From: Desulfobulbus propionicus DSM 2032
GTDB taxonomy: Bacteria; Desulfobacterota; Desulfobulbia; Desulfobulbales; Desulfobulbaceae
Direction of reading: 5' to 3'
Assembly (NCBI RefSeq): GCF_000186885.1
Contig: NC_014972.1
Coordinates: 2,610,001-2,642,000 of the forward strand
Length of the DNA: 32,000 bases
Shown piece by piece: positions 26,281-32,000 of this stretch (within the stretch, counting starts at the first letter, position 1; the number at the start of each line of letters is the position of its first letter). The position numbers and the translations under genes are program-made. A model generated the notes under the pieces. It ran no database searches. It was not told where the DNA came from and saw only the letters and a list, made by a program, of their open reading frames with translations.

Positions 26281-27429
26281 ATGAACAAGGCAAACTTCTG
26301 GTTGCAGGGCAAACCGGGAAGAGGTATCGGCGCTTTTCTGGTCGTGCTGTCGCTCGTGCTGGCCGGCACGGCCTGTTCCCCTCCGGAACCGATCCGAATC
26401 GGTTTTATCGGCGGCACCTCCGGCAGGGGGGCCGATCCCGGCATTGCCGGCCGCGACGGGGCGCAGCTGGCCATCGAGCGGTGCAATCAACAGGGTGGCA
26501 TCTCGGGAAGATCGATCGAACTGCTGATCAAGGATGACGCCCAGGATCCGGAAACCGCCCGCAAGGCGGTGGAGGAGCTCGCCGCCCGGGGCGTGGAGGC
26601 GATCATCGGGCCGATGACGAGCGACATGGGCCTGGCGGTGACTCCGGTGGTCAACCGGCAGCGGATCGTGACAGTCAGCCCCACCGTCACCACCGAGGAA
26701 CTCACCGGCAAGGACGATTATTTTTTTCGGGTGACCTCCACCACCCGCATATTCGCCACCACCAACGCCCGCTTTCAGTTAAGGGAAAAACGGATGCGCC
26801 GCGTGGGGGTGATCTACGACCTCGGCAACCGCACCTTCACCGAAAACTGGCTCCGTCAGTTCCGTCAGGCCTTCGAGGAGGGCGGCGGAAGCATCGTCGC
26901 CCAGAAGACCTTCCTTTCCGGAAAAGATACCTCCTCTATGGATCTGGCCAAGGACCTACTGACCAACCCCATCGACGGTATCCTGATCATCGCCAACTCC
27001 ATGGATTCGGCCCTGCTCTGCCAGCAGATTCGCAAGCTCAACAACAAGCTGCCGATCACCCTGGCGGACTGGGGCGCCACCGAACGGCTCCTGGAACTGG
27101 GCGGCCGGGCGGTCGAGGGCGTGACCGTGGTCCAGACCTTTGACCGCAACAGCAGTCATCCGTCCTATGTCCACTATCGCAAGACCTATCTCGACCGATT
27201 CAAACGGGAACCAGGCTTCCCCGGCGTCTATGCCTTTGACTCGGCCAACGTGATCCTTGAGGCGCTCTCCCGGCGGAAAAGGGGGCAGAGTCTGAAAGAA
27301 GCCCTGCTAACGATTCGTGAATTCAAGGGCGTGCAAAGCCACTTTTCTTTCGACGATTTTGGCGATGTCCGCCGAGCGCATGTGTCGATGAGCGTGGTGA
27401 AAAACGGCCAATTTGTGGTGATCGAATAA
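26281..27429 (+). CDS. ABC-type (Leu/Ile/Val-like) periplasmic substrate-binding lipoprotein, paralogue of 22769..23866
   Basis: Lipobox-like LAGTAC, IRIGFIGGTSGRGADPGIAGRDGAQLAIERCNQQGGISGRSIELLIKDDAQDPETARKAVEELA...GPMTSDMGLAVTPVVNR. Long co-linear similarity to the 22769 product. Confidence 0.9.
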   Translation: MNKANFWLQGKPGRGIGAFLVVLSLVLAGTACSPPEPIRIGFIGGTSGRGADPGIAGRDGAQLAIERCNQQGGISGRSIELLIKDDAQDPETARKAVEELAARGVEAIIGPMTSDMGLAVTPVVNRQRIVTVSPTVTTEELTGKDDYFFRVTSTTRIFATTNARFQLREKRMRRVGVIYDLGNRTFTENWLRQFRQAFEEGGGSIVAQKTFLSGKDTSSMDLAKDLLTNPIDGILIIANSMDSALLCQQIRKLNNKLPITLADWGATERLLELGGRAVEGVTVVQTFDRNSSHPSYVHYRKTYLDRFKREPGFPGVYAFDSANVILEALSRRKRGQSLKEALLTIREFKGVQSHFSFDDFGDVRRAHVSMSVVKNGQFVVIE

Positions 27430-27467
27430 GGTCTGATCGCTTTATTCGCCAATCCCCGCAACGCGTA

Positions 27468-27496
27468 TTGACCGAATTTCCGCTTTCGCTTATGAG
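27468..27496 (+). promoter_or_regulatory. Sigma-70-like promoter upstream of the CHASE4-GGDEF gene
   Basis: TTGACC (27468-27473), 17-nt spacer, TATGAG (27491-27496). Confidence 0.45.
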
Positions 27497-27502
27497 GGGA
27501 CC

Positions 27503-27621
27503 AGAAAGCTGAACCCAGCGGCAACCAAGGGTATCCGGGGACGGGCTGTAGCCTGCGATCCCCGCCGCCGGGGAGGAAACCGCGCCAGAACACGGCGCCC
27601 AGACAGGAAGAAGGTAGACCG
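27503..27621 (+). promoter_or_regulatory. Candidate structured 5' leader with mutually exclusive GC-rich hairpins
   Basis: Hairpin A: CGGGGA (27536-27541)/TCCCCG (27559-27564) plus inner CGGGC-TGTA-GCCTG. Hairpin B: TCCCCG (27559-27564)-CCGC-CGGGGA (27569-27574). Both use the same TCCCCG. A further GCGCC/GGCGC hairpin lies at 27582-27598. Confidence 0.4.
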
Positions 27622-29331
27622 ATGACATCCATCCGCAGCAAAGTGTTCCTCATCATCGTGGCGGTGTTCGCGCTCCTGGTCGGAGTGAACTTTTTCATCC
27701 AACGATCCATCATCTACCCCAGCTTCCTGGAACTGGAGCAGAAGGAGGCCGGTGAGCATCTCAAGCGGATCATTCACGCCATCGACCGGGAAATAGCCCA
27801 CCTGAACAAGCTCTGCGGCGATTGGGCGGTCTGGGATGATTCCTACGCCTTCATGGCCAACCAGTCCAAAACCTTCATTGCCAGCAATTTGAACGAGGAA
27901 ACCCTGGAGGCCGACCATCTCAATCTCCTGGTGTACTGCGGAACCGACGGCACCATCGTCTGGCGCTACGCGGTCGACTCGCTCAACCGGCAGCCGCTTG
28001 CCTTTGATTTTCTCGCCAGCGGCCGAATCGCGCCGCACCATCCCCTGCTTGCCGTGCACCCCATCGCCGACGGACAAAAAGGCGCTTCGGGAGTCTTCAA
28101 CTCTCCCTTCGGCTCGCTGCTGTTCGCCACCCGGGAGATTCTCCAGTCCGACGGCAACGGCCCGGCCAGGGGATATCTGATCATGGGCATCTTCCTCGAC
28201 GCATCGATGCAGCAGCTCCTGCGGGAGCAGACCCGCATAGGGTTCGACATCGTCTATCCCCCCGCGGAAATTCCCTCCCAGTGCGATATCGAGAGTATCG
28301 AGGCCCTGAAGCACTCCTCCCTGACCGAAATGGTCCTGGGCGGCGGCAATTCTCTCAGAATCTGCGGCATATACCGGGACGACGCCGGAGCGCCCCTTTT
28401 CGGCCTGCGGTTCCTGCTGCCGCGCGACATCACCCGCAAGGGCATTGCCAGCATGCGATACGCCTCCGCTTTGGTGGTCGTCTCCGGGCTGATCATCCTC
28501 CTTATCCTCAGCGCCGTGCTTCACCAGGTGATCCTCCGACCGGTGCAACGTCTGACCGAACACGCGATCAGGCTGGAACAGGGGGAAGAGCATCGCCTGC
28601 TTCTCGATCTCGAGCGGAACGACGAAATCGGCAGGCTCGCCCACAGTCTCGACACCATGGTCCAGACCATCAGCCAGCGGACCAAGGATCTCAAGGAGGC
28701 CAACGAGCAGCTGATCTGGCTGTCCATGCTCGACGGCTTGACCGGGATCGCCAATCGCCGCATGTTCGACCTGAATATCAAAAAGGAATGGCGCCGGGCC
28801 ATGCGCGACCAGACCCCTCTTTCCCTGATTCTGCTGGATGTGGATTTTTTCAAGGGCTACAATGACACCTACGGTCATCTCCAGGGGGACCAGTGTCTGA
28901 TCAGGGTGGCGAGTTCCCTCCAGCAACAGGTCCACCGGCCGTCAGACTTGGCGGCCCGCTACGGCGGCGAGGAGTTTGTCCTGGTCCTGCCCAACACCTC
29001 GGCAGAGGGCGCCATGCTCCTGGCCGAACGGGTGCGCTCGGCGGTGCAGGCGCTGGCAATCGAACACCGCGCCTCCCAGGTGTCGCCGTTTGTGTCGATC
29101 AGTCTCGGCGTGGTGACCACGGTGCCGCCGGTTGAACGCGAAGACGGCGCGATGCACGAATTTCTCGCACTGGCCGACAAGGCGCTGTATCAGGCCAAAC
29201 AGCAAGGCCGCAACAGGGCAGTCTTCGAGCCTGTCCCGTCTCGGCGCCACCTCGGTGCTCCCGACGACAGCAAGCCGGAAACGCACCGTTCCGGCAGAGG
29301 GGAAAAAACATCCCATGAATCCAGGCAATGA
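27622..29331 (+). CDS. CHASE4-HAMP-GGDEF diguanylate cyclase
   Basis: CHASE4-like periplasmic segment (LNKLCGDWAVWDDSYAFM...FIASNLNEETLEADHLNLLVY), HAMP-like region, GGDEF domain with RPSDLAARYGGEEF (RxxD I-site plus GGEEF). Confidence 0.92.
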   Translation: MTSIRSKVFLIIVAVFALLVGVNFFIQRSIIYPSFLELEQKEAGEHLKRIIHAIDREIAHLNKLCGDWAVWDDSYAFMANQSKTFIASNLNEETLEADHLNLLVYCGTDGTIVWRYAVDSLNRQPLAFDFLASGRIAPHHPLLAVHPIADGQKGASGVFNSPFGSLLFATREILQSDGNGPARGYLIMGIFLDASMQQLLREQTRIGFDIVYPPAEIPSQCDIESIEALKHSSLTEMVLGGGNSLRICGIYRDDAGAPLFGLRFLLPRDITRKGIASMRYASALVVVSGLIILLILSAVLHQVILRPVQRLTEHAIRLEQGEEHRLLLDLERNDEIGRLAHSLDTMVQTISQRTKDLKEANEQLIWLSMLDGLTGIANRRMFDLNIKKEWRRAMRDQTPLSLILLDVDFFKGYNDTYGHLQGDQCLIRVASSLQQQVHRPSDLAARYGGEEFVLVLPNTSAEGAMLLAERVRSAVQALAIEHRASQVSPFVSISLGVVTTVPPVEREDGAMHEFLALADKALYQAKQQGRNRAVFEPVPSRRHLGAPDDSKPETHRSGRGEKTSHESRQ

Positions 29332-32000
29332 CGCATCGTTGACGTCGATGACCGGACTGCCCGCCACGGGACAAACCAGCAGCGCTTCCGGTAAACGCCT
29401 CCCGGGGAAGGGTGGGCTTGTCCATCCACTTCTCCTCGTCCTGGCGTTGTCCGTTTGTCTGTCGGGATCTCCCGCGTCCGCAGGAGATCCGCCAGGAGTT
29501 GGCCTCACCGCCGAAGAGCGGGCCTGGCTGGCGCACAATCCTGACAAGCTGACCCTCTATTTCAGCACCGATTTTCCGCCCATCGAATTTGCCTCGACCT
29601 CGGGCGAGTTCACCGGCATGGGCGCGGACCTCATCGCCCTGGTGGAAAAACAGCTCGGCATCCGCTTTATCAAGCGCCCTGCCCAAACCTGGAACCAACT
29701 GCTTGCCGCCCTGGCAAGCGGGGAATGCGCGGTCGCGCCAACCATCGTCCGCACCGCTGAGCGGGAGCGGTACGCCCTGTTCACCGCCCCGTACGCCACG
29801 GTGCCGGTGGTCCTCATCACCACCCGGGCGATCCACGACACCATCAGCCTCAACGCCCTGCCCGGCCGGCGCCTCGGTGCGGTTTCCGGCTTTGTGACCG
29901 AACACTACCTGCGCGATCTGGCCCAGGGCCGCTTCGAGGTGGTGCCCGTGGCCAATGTTGCCGAAGGGTTGCGCAAGCTGTCGTTCGGTGAGTTGGATGC
30001 CTTCGCGGAAAATCTTGCCGTGGCTGCCTACTCGATCGAACAGGACGGACTGCCCAACCTGCGGGTGGCCGGGAACACCGATTATGTCTTTGCCTTGAGC
30101 ATCGGGGTAAACCGTTCATACCCCTTGCTCTACAGCTCTATTCAAAAGGCATTGGCAGCGGTTCCCCCAGCCGAACTTGAACAGGTGCGGCGGCGCTGGA
30201 TTTCACTGCGCACCGACAGCCTCTCTCCGGAAACCCGCCGCCTGTTGTGGTTGATCGGTTGCTTTACCATCATGCTGCTCCTTGGGCTGGCAGGGATCAG
30301 CTATGTGCTCAAACGTCGCCTCAACCAGCAGGTTGACAGCCTGAAAACCGCGCAACAAAAGATCCTGGAACAGGCCGAACTCCTCCAGCTGGCCATTGAT
30401 ACCACCCAAGCGGCGGTCTGGGATCTGCAGCCATCCCGCGGCATCCTCCATCTCGGCGCCGCAGGGCATTGTTTTCCCGACAGCGCCAACACGGCCGATC
30501 ACTTTGTGGCTCTGGATACCTGGCAGGTCATGATCCATCCCGAGGACATGCCGCATCTACGGGATGCCTACAGAGACTACCTCCGTTCGGGGGGCAAGGG
30601 GCTGTTTGAAATCGAATTCCGCCTGCGCAGCGCCAGCGGCGATTGGCGATGGGTGCTGTCCAAGGGCAAAGCCGTGGCATGGGACGAGCAGGGGCAGCCT
30701 TCCCGTCTCATCGGCCTGGACATCGATATCGAGGAACTGAAAAAGGCGCAGGAGGCGATGCGCCGCAGCGAGGCCCGTTTCCGCTCGCTGTTTGCCATGG
30801 CGCCGGTACCGCTTGCCAGTGCCTCCCGGGATGGCCGCATCCTGATGGTGAACGATCGTTTTACCCAAATCCTCGGCTATACCCTTGCCGATCTGCCCAC
30901 CCTGGAGCAATGGTGGCTGCTGGCCTATCCCGACCCGCAGTACCGGCATGAGGTCCGGCAGCACTGGCAGACCGTGGCCCAACAGGCCTTGCACGGCGAG
31001 TTCGGGATGATATCCGGTGAATTCCGGGTTACCTGCAAGGACGGCATAGAACGCATCATGCTCATCGGCGCCGCCAGCATCGGCGAAGTGCTGCACGTCT
31101 CCTTTTTCGACATCACCGAACACAAGCGGGCCGAGGAAGTCTTGGATCGCGAGCGCACCAATCTGCGGGCCATTGTCCATGCCTCGCCGGTGGCAGTGCT
31201 GGTGTTCGACAGCGGCGGCAGGGTGGTTGACGCCAACCGGGCCGTTGAACGGCTGTTCGCGCTGACCTCCGGGCAGTGGCGGGGCGGCACCTGGGGCGAC
31301 CTGCTCCGCTGCCCGAACCGCCTCGTTCATCCCCAAGGCTGCGGCCATGCCCCTGACTGCGTCAACTGCGTCTTTTCGCGAGCCATCAGGGAAACCATAA
31401 CCGGCAGCACACCCGCTCGCGACCGGGAAGCCGAGGCCGTGCTCGACGTCCCCGGTTCGGCCAAACGCCTCTGGCTGCGTTTCAGCATCGAACCGTTTGA
31501 GCTCAATGGCCAACCCCATGTTGTCATGGCCCTTGACGATCTGAGCGCGCGCAGGCAAGCCGAGGAGGCGCTACGGGCCTCGGAGGCAAAACTCCGTTCC
31601 CTGTTCGCCGCCATGCAGGATGTGATCCTCGTGCTGGACGCGAATGGCCGCTATCTTGAAATCGCCCCCACCGACCCCTCGTTGCTGTGCCGCCCACCCG
31701 AAGGATTGCTGGGCAAAACGCTGGCCGAGGTGTTCCCGCCGGAAAAGGCCGCCGAGTTCCTGGCCGCGATCCGCACGGTGCTTGACAACGGCAAACGGGT
31801 CTTCCTCGACTACACCGTCCCGGTGGTTGACGGACGGGATCTGTGGTTCGCGGCCATCGTCGCGCCGCTGGCAGCGGACCGGGTTGTCTTGATCGCCCGG
31901 GATATCACCGACCGCAAACGGGCGGAAGAGGAACGGGGGAAGCTCCAAGAACAGCTGATGCAATCGCAAAAGCTGGAAGCGGTCGGTATCCTCGCCGGAG
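29315..32000 (+). CDS. SBP_bac_3 (BvgS-like) periplasmic domain + TM + multiple PAS + histidine kinase, truncated by the window end
   Basis: ATG at 29315 overlaps the end of the GGDEF gene; frame open to 32000. LTAEERAWLAHNPDKLTLYFSTDFPPIEFASTSGEFTGMGADLIALVEKQLGIRF, TM LLWLIGCFTIMLLLGLAGISYVL, several PAS/PAC segments ending DITEHKRAEE and DITDRKRAEE, and the start of HisKA (QLMQSQKLEAVGILAG). Confidence 0.88.
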   Translation, partial: MNPGNDASLTSMTGLPATGQTSSASGKRLPGKGGLVHPLLLVLALSVCLSGSPASAGDPPGVGLTAEERAWLAHNPDKLTLYFSTDFPPIEFASTSGEFTGMGADLIALVEKQLGIRFIKRPAQTWNQLLAALASGECAVAPTIVRTAERERYALFTAPYATVPVVLITTRAIHDTISLNALPGRRLGAVSGFVTEHYLRDLAQGRFEVVPVANVAEGLRKLSFGELDAFAENLAVAAYSIEQDGLPNLRVAGNTDYVFALSIGVNRSYPLLYSSIQKALAAVPPAELEQVRRRWISLRTDSLSPETRRLLWLIGCFTIMLLLGLAGISYVLKRRLNQQVDSLKTAQQKILEQAELLQLAIDTTQAAVWDLQPSRGILHLGAAGHCFPDSANTADHFVALDTWQVMIHPEDMPHLRDAYRDYLRSGGKGLFEIEFRLRSASGDWRWVLSKGKAVAWDEQGQPSRLIGLDIDIEELKKAQEAMRRSEARFRSLFAMAPVPLASASRDGRILMVNDRFTQILGYTLADLPTLEQWWLLAYPDPQYRHEVRQHWQTVAQQALHGEFGMISGEFRVTCKDGIERIMLIGAASIGEVLHVSFFDITEHKRAEEVLDRERTNLRAIVHASPVAVLVFDSGGRVVDANRAVERLFALTSGQWRGGTWGDLLRCPNRLVHPQGCGHAPDCVNCVFSRAIRETITGSTPARDREAEAVLDVPGSAKRLWLRFSIEPFELNGQPHVVMALDDLSARRQAEEALRASEAKLRSLFAAMQDVILVLDANGRYLEIAPTDPSLLCRPPEGLLGKTLAEVFPPEKAAEFLAAIRTVLDNGKRVFLDYTVPVVDGRDLWFAAIVAPLAADRVVLIARDITDRKRAEEERGKLQEQLMQSQKLEAVGILAG

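Noticed and set aside
27503-27621. Calling the leader a GEMM c-di-GMP or SAM-I riboswitch
   Set aside because: It has a GGCAACC segment, but the remaining conserved core of either class is not present by eye. Kept only as an unclassified structured-leader candidate.
22490-28935. Long minus-strand ORFs (22490..23872, 24628..26169, 27490..28935)
   Set aside because: Each is antisense to a gene with strong family motifs and shows low-complexity G/A/R/D/H-rich shadow composition.
1-32000. CRISPR arrays, tRNA/rRNA genes, transposases, prophage genes
   Set aside because: No spaced direct repeats, cloverleaf-like segments, or transposase, integrase or phage proteins were recognised in the sequence or ORF track.

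Overview
The window is about 32 kb of mostly GC-rich bacterial chromosome. The gene content suggests a Gram-negative Desulfobulbus/Desulfobacterota-type organism, but that is inference. It is densely coding, with no rRNA, tRNA, CRISPR or transposase seen. Left to right it holds: the 3' part of a PAS/sigma-54 AAA+ activator; a DUF2231-like membrane protein; an overlapping SET-domain plus PLP fold-III decarboxylase gene pair; a GYF_2-AIM24 protein; an AT-rich, frameshifted PIN-like gene; a divergent DUF533/TerB-like and SprA-like pair; an M18 aminopeptidase; a small winged-helix-like gene and a GAF-ANTAR regulator followed by an FMN-binding glutamate-synthase-like gene; a KaiC-like/XRE/cupin fusion downstream of an LTA-synthase-like sulfatase; an acyl-CoA ligase; a Usp + SulP pair; and, from 20.5 kb to the end, a run of signalling genes (REC-DUF3369-GGDEF-EAL, two paralogous ABC-type binding lipoproteins around a Cache-PAS histidine kinase, a CHASE4 diguanylate cyclase, and an SBP-multiPAS kinase truncated by the window end). 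The strongest non-coding signal is in the leader of the glutamate-synthase-like gene, just downstream of the ANTAR gene. It has two hexaloop hairpins, both with A1/G4 (AACGGC and AAAGGC). The second overlaps, and excludes, the 5' arm of a 15-bp intrinsic terminator ending in T7. This is the expected layout of an ANTAR antitermination switch. A second candidate structured leader precedes the CHASE4-GGDEF gene. All calls were made by reading the sequence, with no database searches.
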